Source: an uncultured Thermotogae bacterium (GTDB lineage Bacteria > Thermotogota > Thermotogae > Mesoaciditogales > Mesoaciditogaceae). From it: DNA of 64,000 nt. Made by a program: the position numbers and the translations under genes. The notes beneath the pieces were generated by a model. That model searched no databases. It saw only the letters and a list, made by a program, of their open reading frames with translations, and was not told the origin of the DNA. The DNA is taken from NCBI GenBank assembly GCA_913056255.1, contig CAJXLN010000006.1, positions 3,108-67,107 of the forward strand, in the 5' to 3' direction. Of this stretch, positions 20,243 to 30,303 are shown in pieces (position 1 is the stretch's first letter; the number at the start of each line of letters is the position of its first letter).

Positions 20243-23200
20243 ATGGCAGAAAACGGCCCCAAATTCTTAAAGCTTTCCACAGCAAAAATTGGGAGTGTTA
20301 AGATCGGTTTAGCTTCACCGGAATTGATAAGACATCAGTCAAGTGGTGAGGTTAAAAAGCCGGAAACGATAAATTACAGAACTTTCAAGCCCGAAAAGGA
20401 TGGTCTTTTCTGTGAAAGAATATTTGGTCCCGTTAAGGACTACGAATGCGCTTGTGGAAGGTACAAGGGCAAAAAATACGAGGGAACTGTTTGTGAGCAC
20501 TGTGGTGTAAAAGTCGAATCTAAAACTGCCAGACGCAGAAGAATGGGACACATAGAATTGGCTGTTCCTGTTGTGCATATATGGTATCTGAAAAACATTC
20601 CAAATTACATTTCCTTGATGCTGAACATAACACCCAAGGATCTGGAACAGATCGTGTATTTTGGCTCGCGCCGAACGGTCGAAGCTGCTTACATAGTTAC
20701 CAATCCTAAGAAAACTCACTTTGATGTTGGTGACAAATTATACGGTACAGAATACAACATATACAAATCAAAATGGGATTTCGATGTTGAAAACGCTGTA
20801 AGAATTCGAAATCCACAAACTCCGCTCATATCCGATATTGATGGTGTTGTTTCAATGAAGAAAGAAACCATCAATACCGATAGAACAATCACATGGGTAA
20901 CGGTATCTCAAAAGATAGACGAAGCACAGTTGAAAAAAGCTGAATTCACAATATATCGTGGGATGAAGCTTCTTGTAAAAGATGGCGATATGGTGAAAAG
21001 CGGTGATCTTATAGCAGCTGAGCTAAATGTCGATACATTTAAAGCTCCATTTGATGGCACAGTGGAAGTTGACGAAATCACATCAACTCTTAGAATTATT
21101 CCGCTTCCCACTTCTAAAAATCAACCCGTTACTTATACAGTTCCATACGGTGCAAAAGTCAAGGTTTCAAATGGAACAAAAGTCAAAAAAGGACGAGAGT
21201 TAGTTACGTCAGTTCACATCGATGCTATTCGTTCCACAATGGATGGAAAAATAACCTATGCCAATAATCTTTCCGTTGTTCAAAGTGAAGACGGCAAGTT
21301 TCGCGCCAATTCAACTGCAAAAGTTTACGTTGAAGAACCAATGCATTCAACTCAGAGTAGAACTTACCCGCTTTTTGAAGGAGTAACGCCTTATGTGGAA
21401 AATGGCCAAGAAATAAAAGCCGGTGACTACATAGCTGATAGGTTTATATATGAGGATGAAGATCTCTCGATGAGTGAATTCGAAATATTCGAAAAATACT
21501 ATCCAGGTAAATTTGACAAAGAATTCGAGTTTGAAAATGACAGAACGATTGTCATGATCACTGCGGTAGATAGCGATGTTTCGAAAGAAATAGGAAAACA
21601 AATCGGAGATGTCATTCTCGACAATGAATATGAAGCTTACAGTGACGTATATGGAGATAAGATACAAGCTGACATCGGAGCTTCAGCCATTAAAAAACTT
21701 CTCGAATCCATAGATCTCAGAGAGCTGGAAAGCAAACTCGAAATTGAACTTCAAAATCTCTCTCCATCTGCATCAAATAAGAAAATGAAAATTCTTAAGC
21801 GCCTTCACATAGTCAGGAGCTTCATCGAAAGTGGTCAAAAACCGGAGTGGATGGTACTTGAAGCCATCCCTGTAATCCCCCCAGATCTGAGACCGATGAT
21901 CCAAATAGACGGCGGACGTTTTGCGACAACAGATCTAAACGATTTGTACAGACGTGTTATAAACAGAAACAACAGGTTGAAAAAACTACTTGACCTCAAT
22001 GCACCAAACATAATAATAAGAAATGAAAAACGCATGCTTCAAGAAGCCGTAGACTCTCTGATTGCCAACGGTAAACGCGGTAAATCCGTAACTGATAAAT
22101 CCGGACGAGCTTTGAAGTCTCTCACAGACCTAATGAAAGGGAAACGAGGTAGATTTAGAAGAAACCTTCTTGGGAAACGTGTTGATTACTCAGGGCGTGC
22201 CGTTATAGTTGTTGGTCCTGATCTCAAAATGAATCAGTGTGGAATTCCAAAGAAAATGGCCATGGAACTCTTTAAACCATTCGTGCTCCAAAAACTCGTA
22301 AAAAATGAACCTGACAAGTCTGCAAGAAGACTTGGCCGAATGCTGATAGAAAGAGCCGTTCCTGAAGCTTGGGAAGTTCTTGAAGAAGTTATAAAGGGGC
22401 ATCCTGTTCTTTTGAATAGGGCTCCCACTTTGCACAGAATTAGTATTCAAGCATTCGAACCCAAACTGATCGAAGGAAATGCCATTCAAATTCATCCTCT
22501 CGTTTGCCCACCATTCAATGCTGATTTCGATGGTGATCAGATGGCTGTACACCTTCCTCTTTCAGCAGCGGCTCAGGCTGAAGCTAAATTTCTCATGTCC
22601 TCCAAATACAACATAATAAGTCCTGCCCACGGACAGCCCATATCCATGCCTGGGAAAGATATCATTCTTGGAATGTATTATCTCACCATGATGGACAATA
22701 AAGCGAAAAAATCTAAAACGGTTTTTTCTTCGCCTGAAGAAGCTGTGATGGCGTACTACATGCATCACATAACATTGCATACGCCTATAGATGTTTTGCT
22801 CAAATTCGAAGATGGTGACAGGTTGATAAAAAATACAACTGTGGGGCGTGTTATTTTCAACGAAGAACTTCCAGAAAAATTACGTGATTATTCCAAAACA
22901 TATGACAAAAAAGAAATAAAGAACCTCGTTTCCAAAACGTTCAAAATCTTCGATATAGATACTACAGCGGATGTACTCGATCACATAAAAGATTACGGTT
23001 TCAAGTACGCCACCATATCTGGTGTGACGATATCAGTTAGAGACATGCTCATATCTCCTCGGAAATCAAAAATCATAGAAGATGCTCAGAAGAAGATCTA
23101 CTTTGTGGAAGAAAAATTCGCCGACGGAATGATGACTCAGCAAGAACGTTACAGAGAAGTTATAAAAATCTGGGAAGAAGCCACGAAAGATATACAAAAT

Positions 23201-25237
23201 ACCACATACGAAGAATTGTCTAAAGATTTCTTCAACCCACTCTTCATGATGGTTCGATCCGGAGCACGGGGGAGTATAGATCAGATCAAACAAATATCTG
23301 GAATGCGTGGTCTCATGGTGGATCCTGCCGGAAAAACAATAGAAGTTCCGATAACCTCTAATTTCCGTGAAGGTTTGAACGTCATGGAATACTTTATTTC
23401 CACGCACGGTGCCAGAAAGGGTTCTGCCGATACTGCCTTGAGAACGTCAAACTCAGGATATCTCACACGAAGACTTGTCGATGTTGCCCAATCCGTAACT
23501 ATTGACGAAACGGATTGTGGAACTACCAACGGGGTAGAGCTCAAAAGTCTCAGAGACGACGATGTGGTTATTGAAAAGTTGGAAGATGGTCTCTTTGGAA
23601 GAGTTCTTGCCGAGGATATAGTGAATCCCAAAACGAAAGAAGTCATCTATGAACGTGATACTCTCATGGAAGAAGATGCAGCACACAGAGCGGCAAGTAC
23701 AGTGGAGGACGTTCAAGTTCACAGAAAAGAAATTGTAAAAGTTGATTCCATCCAACACATGAAAGATTATGCCGAGCTTTCGGAGAAAGTATACGATGAT
23801 GATAATGGAACTGTATCAGGAGTTCCAAACAAGCTGCTCTTCAAAAAAGGCGAGCCTGTTCAGAATGTTTTTGGAACCTTGAAAAAACTCGGTATAGACG
23901 AAGTCAAAATAGACACATATCCCTGCGTTGGAGGAGTCACAATCGCTCCCATCCTTTCAGCTGATGGTAAACGTGAAATCGTAACATATGAGGAAAGAGT
24001 AACACCAGAGATTGCCAAGAAATTTCTCGAAGAAAAAATCAAAAGTGTAAGGCTTAGACCATACATAAAGATAAGATCTCCAATGACTTGTGAATCTCCC
24101 AACGGAATTTGTGCCAAGTGTTACGGTATGGACCTTTCAAACCACAGAATCGTCCACATAGGAGAGGCAGTTGGGATTGTAGCAGCCCAATCCATTGGAG
24201 AACCTGGCACACAGCTCACAATGAGGACTTTCCATACGGGTGGAATATCCACAACTGGTGATATAACTCAGGGTCTTCCAAGAGCTGAAGAACTTTTTGA
24301 AGCCAGAAAAAAGTTGAAAGAGGTAACGGGTATTTTCAACGAAGTTTCTGGATACATCAGACAAATAAATACAGTAGAAAAAAAACAGAAGATATATTTA
24401 GAAGATGACGAAGGAATATTACACGATTATACTGTTCCACAAAAGACGCAGGTTAAAGTGAGACTTGGGCAAAGAGTGCTTCCAGGTACGCCTTTGACAA
24501 GTGGGGCAATAAGGCCAAGATCCCTTTTGGAAAACATCGATGCTGCTACAGCATTCAGATATCTCTTAAGGGAAATCAAAAGGGTTTACGCAGAACAAGG
24601 TGTTGATATACACGACAAACACATAGAAATCATAATACGTCAAATGTTTAACAAAGTTGAAGTTGTGGATGGAGGAGACACCGATATATTACCCGGCACC
24701 TTGTTAACTATTGGGGAAGCCAGGCGTATAAATGAAGAGATACGACACGATAATGCAAAAATTGAAGAAGCCAGATCCAAAGTGATTGGAAAAGAACTCG
24801 TCTATCACGTTATCACAGAAATAGACGGAAAAGAAGAAGAGATCGCAAAAGCGGGACAAAAAATGGATGAAAAGACTCTCGAAAAATGCGTTAAAATGGG
24901 GATAAAATCCGTTTACGTAAGAGATGGTGAAAGACAAGTGCGTTGTTACATAAATCCGAAGAAAGAGTTGGAGTACGATCAAAAGCTTTTGAGAATCACA
25001 AAAGCATCTCTTCAAAAGGAAGGGTTTCTCAGTGCAGCCTCATTCCAGCAAACGCCACAAGTGCTTGCTGAAGCCGCCGTTGAAGGGCGCAGTGACTACT
25101 TAAAGGGTTTGAAAGAGAATGTCATAATAGGGCAACTCATCCCAGCAGGAACGGGGCTATCCGTGTACAATGGCATTCAAATTGAGACACATATATCTTC
25201 AAAAGAGGAAACAAGTAAAAAACAAGCTCAATCGTGA
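20243..25237 (+). CDS. rpoC: DNA-directed RNA polymerase subunit beta-prime, with lineage-specific insertions
   Basis: 1664-aa ORF with a zinc-binding N-terminus (CACGRYKG...CEHCGV), catalytic NADFDGDQM, and trigger-loop and C-terminal conserved regions. There are several long inserts relative to minimal beta-prime. Confidence 0.95.
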   Translation: MAENGPKFLKLSTAKIGSVKIGLASPELIRHQSSGEVKKPETINYRTFKPEKDGLFCERIFGPVKDYECACGRYKGKKYEGTVCEHCGVKVESKTARRRRMGHIELAVPVVHIWYLKNIPNYISLMLNITPKDLEQIVYFGSRRTVEAAYIVTNPKKTHFDVGDKLYGTEYNIYKSKWDFDVENAVRIRNPQTPLISDIDGVVSMKKETINTDRTITWVTVSQKIDEAQLKKAEFTIYRGMKLLVKDGDMVKSGDLIAAELNVDTFKAPFDGTVEVDEITSTLRIIPLPTSKNQPVTYTVPYGAKVKVSNGTKVKKGRELVTSVHIDAIRSTMDGKITYANNLSVVQSEDGKFRANSTAKVYVEEPMHSTQSRTYPLFEGVTPYVENGQEIKAGDYIADRFIYEDEDLSMSEFEIFEKYYPGKFDKEFEFENDRTIVMITAVDSDVSKEIGKQIGDVILDNEYEAYSDVYGDKIQADIGASAIKKLLESIDLRELESKLEIELQNLSPSASNKKMKILKRLHIVRSFIESGQKPEWMVLEAIPVIPPDLRPMIQIDGGRFATTDLNDLYRRVINRNNRLKKLLDLNAPNIIIRNEKRMLQEAVDSLIANGKRGKSVTDKSGRALKSLTDLMKGKRGRFRRNLLGKRVDYSGRAVIVVGPDLKMNQCGIPKKMAMELFKPFVLQKLVKNEPDKSARRLGRMLIERAVPEAWEVLEEVIKGHPVLLNRAPTLHRISIQAFEPKLIEGNAIQIHPLVCPPFNADFDGDQMAVHLPLSAAAQAEAKFLMSSKYNIISPAHGQPISMPGKDIILGMYYLTMMDNKAKKSKTVFSSPEEAVMAYYMHHITLHTPIDVLLKFEDGDRLIKNTTVGRVIFNEELPEKLRDYSKTYDKKEIKNLVSKTFKIFDIDTTADVLDHIKDYGFKYATISGVTISVRDMLISPRKSKIIEDAQKKIYFVEEKFADGMMTQQERYREVIKIWEEATKDIQNTTYEELSKDFFNPLFMMVRSGARGSIDQIKQISGMRGLMVDPAGKTIEVPITSNFREGLNVMEYFISTHGARKGSADTALRTSNSGYLTRRLVDVAQSVTIDETDCGTTNGVELKSLRDDDVVIEKLEDGLFGRVLAEDIVNPKTKEVIYERDTLMEEDAAHRAASTVEDVQVHRKEIVKVDSIQHMKDYAELSEKVYDDDNGTVSGVPNKLLFKKGEPVQNVFGTLKKLGIDEVKIDTYPCVGGVTIAPILSADGKREIVTYEERVTPEIAKKFLEEKIKSVRLRPYIKIRSPMTCESPNGICAKCYGMDLSNHRIVHIGEAVGIVAAQSIGEPGTQLTMRTFHTGGISTTGDITQGLPRAEELFEARKKLKEVTGIFNEVSGYIRQINTVEKKQKIYLEDDEGILHDYTVPQKTQVKVRLGQRVLPGTPLTSGAIRPRSLLENIDAATAFRYLLREIKRVYAEQGVDIHDKHIEIIIRQMFNKVEVVDGGDTDILPGTLLTIGEARRINEEIRHDNAKIEEARSKVIGKELVYHVITEIDGKEEEIAKAGQKMDEKTLEKCVKMGIKSVYVRDGERQVRCYINPKKELEYDQKLLRITKASLQKEGFLSAASFQQTPQVLAEAAVEGRSDYLKGLKENVIIGQLIPAGTGLSVYNGIQIETHISSKEETSKKQAQS

Positions 25238-25261
25238 AATTTCTATGATTTTTCGTTTTAG

Positions 25262-25289
25262 AGCGAGGCTTTATGCCTCGCTTTTCTTT
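25262..25289 (+). terminator. Rho-independent terminator after rpoC
   Basis: Stem AGCGAGGC / GCCTCGCT with a 5-nt loop, followed by TTTCTTT, about 25 nt after the rpoC stop. Confidence 0.7.
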
Positions 25290-25452
25290 ATGGTACTCGC
25301 ATGCATAAAAATTCAAAACATCTTTAGATCTTTACACCGGGGTCAAAAACAAAAATAAAAATATCGATAAATTGCATCATAAGTTTGTACATAGGGATCT
25401 ACTATTTTCTGAGAAGGTATGGATTTGTACGTAAGACACTATGGAACGGTTA

Positions 25453-25479
25453 AAAAATGGCCCGAAAGGGCCTTTTTTA
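25453..25479. terminator. Orphan bidirectional terminator-like hairpin in the rpoC-copA spacer
   Basis: AAAAAAT-GGCCC-GAAA-GGGCC-TTTTTT. It has a GNRA-type loop with an A-run before and a T-run after. No annotated ORF ends here. Confidence 0.4.
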
Positions 25480-25564
25480 ATTCGGTAAGGAATTTTTCCG
25501 TCATTTTAATCTCGAGTTAAATGGTAGAGTAATTATCTCTTAAACGTAAAGTAACCTTAGTGGG

Positions 25565-25606
25565 TGTATACTTAAGACGTGAACACCCCACCATGGGGGT
25601 GGGGAT
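25565..25606 (+). promoter_or_regulatory. Putative copper-operon promoter element plus a CsoR-type operator
   Basis: TG-TATACT -10-like element (25565-25572). It is followed by a GC-tract inverted repeat, CCCCACC-ATGGG-GGTGGGG (25586-25604), about 60 nt upstream of the copA ATG. Confidence 0.5.
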
Positions 25607-25663
25607 AAAGAAATAGAGGGAACTCGAATTCATAAAAGGTTTTATCGAAAGGGGATGTAATAC

Positions 25664-28093
25664 ATGGCGTCGAAAAAAGAGTACATAGTCAAGGGAATGA
25701 CCTGCGCGTCATGCGTCAGAGCGGTCGAAAAGGCAGCGTCTAAAGTCGACGGGATAAAAAACCCGGTCGTCAGTCTCGCAACGGAAAAGCTCATTTTTGA
25801 AACCGACAGTGCCATAGACGAAGAGAAGCTCTTCAAGATAGTCAAAGACACAGGCTACGACATAGAACCTTCAAAGGACATACGCGAAATCTCGCTCAAC
25901 ATAGAGGGAATGACCTGCGCGTCATGCGTCAGAGCGGTCGAGAGATCGATATCCAAGCTCGACGGCATCTCGTTCGTTTCGGTCAGCCTGGCGACCGAAA
26001 AGGCCATGGTCAAATACGACGCGTCGGCGGTGAGGATCTCCGACATTAAAGGTGCCGTAGAGAAAGCTGGATACAAGGCCGCAAGTGTCACGACGCAGGA
26101 CTACGACCAGGATCAGGAAAGAAGAGACGCAGTCATAAAAGGATATTGGAGAAGGTTCATATACTCGGCTGTATTCGCCGTTCCGCTTCTTTTCATAGCG
26201 ATGAGCCACACCTTCGGTTTGAAGTTACCGTGGTTCATATCGCCCGAGGCCAACCCCCTTAACTTCGCGCTCATCCAGATAATCCTCGTCGCTCCGATAC
26301 TCGTTGCCGGAAAGAACTTCTTCACCAAGGGAATCCCAAACCTCCTCAGAGGCCATCCGAACATGGACACTCTCGTCGGGCTCGGGTCAGGTGCGGCGGT
26401 TCTGTACGGACTCTTCGCTACGATCCAAATAGCTCTTGGAAACGTAGCCTTTGCCAAGGATCTCTACTTCGAGACAGCGGGCGTCATAATAACGCTCATA
26501 TCCTTGGGAAAGTACTTTGAGAACCTTTCCAAATCGAGAACTTCCTCGGCGATAAAGAAGCTTATGAATCTGGCACCCAAAACGGCGTTCATAAAGAAGG
26601 ATGGAAACTACAAAGAGATATCCGTAGATGAGATCGAGACGGGTGACATTCTTCTGGTGAAGGCTGGAATGTCGATTCCAGTCGACGGGGTTGTTGTGAG
26701 TGGGAACAGCTCGGTTGATCAATCGATGCTCACAGGTGAGTCAATGCCAATCGATGTTAAGAAAGGATCCAAGGTTGTCGGTGGAACCATAAACATCGAT
26801 GGAACGATAGAGTTCAAGGCGACCAAGGTCGGAAGTGACAGGGCGCTTTCTCAGATAATAAAGTTCGTCGAAGACGCACAGGCTTCCAAAGCACCCATAG
26901 CACGGCTCGCGGACATCGTGAGCGGCTATTTCGTCCCTATAGTTCTCGGGATAGCTGGCGTGACTTTCCTAACATGGTTTTTCCTCGGTTTCAACCCCGT
27001 CTTCGATCTAACGATGGCCATAGCTGTTCTTGTCATAGCCTGCCCATGTGCCCTTGGTCTCGCGACACCGACTGCGATAATGGTCGGAAGCGGAAGGGGC
27101 GCCGAAAACGGCATACTCTTCAAAAGCGGCGAATCGCTCGAGCAGATGCACAAGATAAACGCAGTGGTCTTCGACAAGACCGGGACGATAACCATGGGAA
27201 AGCCGGAGTTGACCGATGTCATCTCTTTAAGTGGAACGAGCCGTGACGAGGTCATGAAGATAGCATCCTCAATGGCGAAGAAGAGTTCTCACCCGCTCGA
27301 CAAGGCTATTCTTTCTGCTAACGCGGGAGATACCTTCGAAGTCGAAGGGTTCAAAGCAATTCCTGGCAAAGGTATAACCGGAAGGGTAAACGGAAAGATA
27401 GTGAAACTTGGGAACTCCAAGTTAGTCAATGTGGACGAGGAAACGGCGCGAAGGATGGGAGAGCTTTCGAAAAAAGGTCGGACGCCCATTCTTCTCGAGT
27501 ACGACGAAAAGACGATCGGAATCCTTGCAATAGCGGACGTCGTGAAACCGTCATCGACCGAAGCGATAGGAAAACTCAAAGCTTCCGGGATAAAGACCTA
27601 CATGGTCACAGGAGACAACACCACGACTGCGAGATTCATAGCGGCTCAGGTAGGGATAGACGAAGTCATATCCGACGTCCTTCCCGGCGACAAAGCCAAG
27701 GTCATAAAGGATCTCAAATCCAAAGGGATGAAAACGGCAATGGTCGGAGACGGGATAAACGATTCCCCCGCGCTCGCGGAAGCCGATGTCGGGTTCGCGG
27801 TTGGCTCCGGAACGGACGTCGCACTGGAGACCGCGGACGTGGTGCTGATGAAGAACGATCTGAACGATGTGGTCAACTCGCTGAACCTTTCGAGGGCAAC
27901 CATAAGGAACATAAAGCAGAACCTTTTTTGGGCCTTCTTCTACAACATCATAGGAATACCGATTGCCGCTGGTGTTCTGTACATGCCCATCGGCCTGAGG
28001 CTCAACCCTATGATAGCGGCCCTGGCCATGGCTTTCTCGAGTGTGACGGTCGTGACAAACGCACTTAGGCTTAGAAAGACAAAATTGGGTTGA
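25664..28093 (+). CDS. copA: Copper-translocating P1B-type ATPase with two N-terminal HMA domains
   Basis: Two GMTCASCV metal-binding domains, a CPC transmembrane motif (ACPCALGLATP), the DKTGT phosphorylation site, and a GDGINDSPAL hinge. Confidence 0.95.
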   Translation: MASKKEYIVKGMTCASCVRAVEKAASKVDGIKNPVVSLATEKLIFETDSAIDEEKLFKIVKDTGYDIEPSKDIREISLNIEGMTCASCVRAVERSISKLDGISFVSVSLATEKAMVKYDASAVRISDIKGAVEKAGYKAASVTTQDYDQDQERRDAVIKGYWRRFIYSAVFAVPLLFIAMSHTFGLKLPWFISPEANPLNFALIQIILVAPILVAGKNFFTKGIPNLLRGHPNMDTLVGLGSGAAVLYGLFATIQIALGNVAFAKDLYFETAGVIITLISLGKYFENLSKSRTSSAIKKLMNLAPKTAFIKKDGNYKEISVDEIETGDILLVKAGMSIPVDGVVVSGNSSVDQSMLTGESMPIDVKKGSKVVGGTINIDGTIEFKATKVGSDRALSQIIKFVEDAQASKAPIARLADIVSGYFVPIVLGIAGVTFLTWFFLGFNPVFDLTMAIAVLVIACPCALGLATPTAIMVGSGRGAENGILFKSGESLEQMHKINAVVFDKTGTITMGKPELTDVISLSGTSRDEVMKIASSMAKKSSHPLDKAILSANAGDTFEVEGFKAIPGKGITGRVNGKIVKLGNSKLVNVDEETARRMGELSKKGRTPILLEYDEKTIGILAIADVVKPSSTEAIGKLKASGIKTYMVTGDNTTTARFIAAQVGIDEVISDVLPGDKAKVIKDLKSKGMKTAMVGDGINDSPALAEADVGFAVGSGTDVALETADVVLMKNDLNDVVNSLNLSRATIRNIKQNLFWAFFYNIIGIPIAAGVLYMPIGLRLNPMIAALAMAFSSVTVVTNALRLRKTKLG

Positions 28094-28121
28094 AACCCCA
28101 AAATACAATGGAGGTGCACTT

Positions 28122-28328
28122 ATGAGGATTTACATCAATGGAATGACATGCGAACACTGCAAGATGAGGGTTGAAAAGGCCCTTTCCGGAATCGAAAACG
28201 TCAAAGACGTCAACGTCGATCTCGAAGGTGGATTCGCCGATCTCAAAGTGAACGGCGAGATATCCGAGGAGATCTTCAGAGAGAAAATAGACGACGCCGG
28301 ATACGATCTCGTGAAAATCGAAAACTGA
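28122..28328 (+). CDS. copZ: Copper chaperone (single HMA domain)
   Basis: 68-aa ORF with a GMTCEHC metal-binding loop and a GGAGGTG RBS. Confidence 0.85.
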   Translation: MRIYINGMTCEHCKMRVEKALSGIENVKDVNVDLEGGFADLKVNGEISEEIFREKIDDAGYDLVKIEN

Positions 28329-28360
28329 AACAAGCTGGAAAAGATTAAGGAGGTGATTGT

Positions 28361-28627
28361 ATGATGTGGTTTGGTAGAGGTCCTTGGGCTTACGGAATGG
28401 GCGGTTTCGGATGGCTTTGGATGGTAATCGGCATAGTTGGATTCGTGCTTTTCATAATCGCAATCGCGTACATTTTCGGATGGATCTTCAGATCTGGAAG
28501 GTACGAAGAATACCACGACCGCAGTGGAGGCTATGACAGGGCGATTGAAGAGCTCAAGCTGAGGTACGCGAAAGGTGAGATAACCCACGAAGAGTATGAA
28601 AGGATGAAGAAAGACATTGGGAGGTGA
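28361..28627 (+). CDS. SHOCT-domain small membrane protein
   Basis: 88-aa ORF with a Gly/Trp-rich N-terminus, one TM helix, and a C-terminal SHOCT-like motif (IEELKLRYAKGEITHEEYERMKKDI). AAGGAGGTG RBS. Confidence 0.6.
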   Translation: MMWFGRGPWAYGMGGFGWLWMVIGIVGFVLFIIAIAYIFGWIFRSGRYEEYHDRSGGYDRAIEELKLRYAKGEITHEEYERMKKDIGR

Positions 28628-29235
28628 TCGTTGTGAAGAAAAGAAAATTTTTGCCTGGAGTGCTCTTTTTGATAGTTGGGATAGGAACGATGGTCTTCGC
28701 GTTCGGCGGAATGTACTGGTTTGGAAATGGTGGGGTCTTTTCGGAAAACTCATCCATTACTCTGAACGCCTCCTCGCTTTCCGAACTTGAAACCGTGCCT
28801 TCAACAGGTGTCATTGTCGATGCCAAGACGAACACCGTTGAATTCACGGGCTCCAAAATCATCATCCCAATAATAGCGAGTCCTGAAAACGGACCGATGT
28901 ACTCCTTCGGTATCTACGGTCTGGTCAATCCGACGATAGTCGTCAGACGGAGCACGGAAGTCAGGCTCTTGTTCGTCAACGGCGACAATGACATGTACCA
29001 CGGAGTCGTCGTGACCGCCGGAGCTCCTCCGTACCCGTACATGGGCATGATGATGTTCGACAGCCCGGCGTTCGGTAACTCTTTCGTTCCGCCGCTTCCG
29101 CCGGAATCGTCCGGAAAGTACACCGGCGCCTCCGCGATCTTCGACGCTTCGCAAGCCGGAAGCTTCTACTACATTTGCCAGGTTCCGGGACATGCGGCCG
29201 ACGGGATGTACGGAAGGTTCCTGGTGGAGAATTGA
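28624..29235 (+). CDS. Membrane-anchored cupredoxin (type-1 blue-copper-like) with a Met-rich segment
   Basis: N-terminal TM anchor. Candidate T1Cu ligands are His in NGDNDMYHGVVV, then Cys, His and Met in YYICQVPGHAADGMYG. There is a Met-rich stretch, PYPYMGMMMF. The start may instead be the GTG at 28633. Confidence 0.7.
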   Translation: MIVVKKRKFLPGVLFLIVGIGTMVFAFGGMYWFGNGGVFSENSSITLNASSLSELETVPSTGVIVDAKTNTVEFTGSKIIIPIIASPENGPMYSFGIYGLVNPTIVVRRSTEVRLLFVNGDNDMYHGVVVTAGAPPYPYMGMMMFDSPAFGNSFVPPLPPESSGKYTGASAIFDASQAGSFYYICQVPGHAADGMYGRFLVEN

Positions 29236-29261
29236 TCGAAAGCCCAGAAAGGGGGCACGAT

Positions 29262-29564
29262 ATGGAAAATCTCAAGGTAAAGGTCGGGGAGAAACATCGC
29301 CACAAACACGCCGAAGCCCTGAACCTTCTGAAGACCGCACGTGGAAACCTTAATGCGGTTATAAAGATGATAGAAGACGATCGCTATTGTATCGACGTCT
29401 CAACACAGATTCTAGCACTGATAGCTCTTTTGAAGAAGGCGAACACATCGGTCGTGAGCAAACACATGGAAACCTGTGTCAAGTCGGCCGTGGAGACCGG
29501 AGATGCGGACGAAAAAATAGAAGAACTCAAAGTGCTTTTAAAATACATGTCGAAGACAACGTAA
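29262..29564 (+). CDS. csoR: Copper-sensing transcriptional repressor, CsoR/DUF156 family
   Basis: 100-aa ORF starting at the ATG after AAAGGGGG. It has the RGNLNAVIKMIEDDRYCIDV core and an x-C-H-C ligand pattern (RYC ... KHMETC). Confidence 0.85.
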   Translation: MENLKVKVGEKHRHKHAEALNLLKTARGNLNAVIKMIEDDRYCIDVSTQILALIALLKKANTSVVSKHMETCVKSAVETGDADEKIEELKVLLKYMSKTT

Positions 29565-29594
29565 GCCGGCGGTAGCCGGAGAAAGGCGAATATC

Positions 29595-29969
29595 ATGAAA
29601 ATGATAGACAGAAAAACAAATGGAAAGGATTTCGAAACGCTCAAAGAACAACTCAAAGAAACAGCTGTGAAAGAGGGATTTGCGGTTCTTCACGAGTACG
29701 ATTTCAGGAATATACTGACATCTAAGGGCATGGATTTCGACAAAGCCGCACACGTCTTCGAGTTATGCAAACCGACGAAGGCGCACGAAGTGCTCACGGC
29801 GGACATCTCGATGGGAGTCAACCTCCCTTGCAGGATAGGGATATTCGAGAAAGAAGACGGCTACCACGTGATATATCCAGATCCTGAGAGCATGGCGGGA
29901 GATTCTCAGGCAAAGCCCACGATGTCGGAGATAGGATTTCTGCTCGAAAGAATATCCTCTTCGCTTTGA
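29595..29969 (+). CDS. DUF302 domain protein
   Basis: 124-aa ORF whose pattern (GFAVLHEYDF..., HVFELCKP, LPCRIGIFEKEDGYHV) matches the DUF302 family as I remember it. Confidence 0.65.
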   Translation: MKMIDRKTNGKDFETLKEQLKETAVKEGFAVLHEYDFRNILTSKGMDFDKAAHVFELCKPTKAHEVLTADISMGVNLPCRIGIFEKEDGYHVIYPDPESMAGDSQAKPTMSEIGFLLERISSSL

Positions 29970-29992
29970 ACGAATTTCAGGAGGTGGTTTGG

Positions 29993-30226
29993 ATGAAACT
30001 CGAACACGTGGACGAAAAGATGACCCTCAAAGAGATAATGGACATGGATCCGTCGATGGAGACCGAACTCTTCCAGCTCGGATTCAACGCCTGCTGCTCG
30101 AAGATGGAAAAGGTCGAAGATATCGCGCTCGATAAGGGGATCGATCTCAAAAGGGCCATCGATACACTCAACGGCAAGATCGACGAGATCAATACGGTTT
30201 CAGAATTGCTCGAAGACTACCAGTGA
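29993..30226 (+). CDS. DUF1858-like small protein
   Basis: 77-aa ORF from the ATG after CAGGAGGTGG. MTLKEIMDMDPSMETELFQLGFNACCSKMEKVEDIALDKGIDL resembles DUF1858, with an adjacent CC pair in place of CxxC. Confidence 0.45.
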   Translation: MKLEHVDEKMTLKEIMDMDPSMETELFQLGFNACCSKMEKVEDIALDKGIDLKRAIDTLNGKIDEINTVSELLEDYQ

Positions 30227-30303
30227 AGTTTTGAATACCGTTCTAAGGGAATTCACGTAACTTACGAAACGACGATGCTAAAAATAAAATGGAGGTGTTT
30301 GAA

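Noticed and set aside
28130-29305. Long antisense ORFs inside the copper block (for example 207 aa at 28130-28753, plus 130 aa, 109 aa and 69 aa)
   Set aside because: GC-rich DNA yields long stop-free antisense frames. The products are Ser/Arg/Pro-rich with no motifs, whereas the plus-strand ORFs carry clear HMA, SHOCT, cupredoxin and CsoR signatures.
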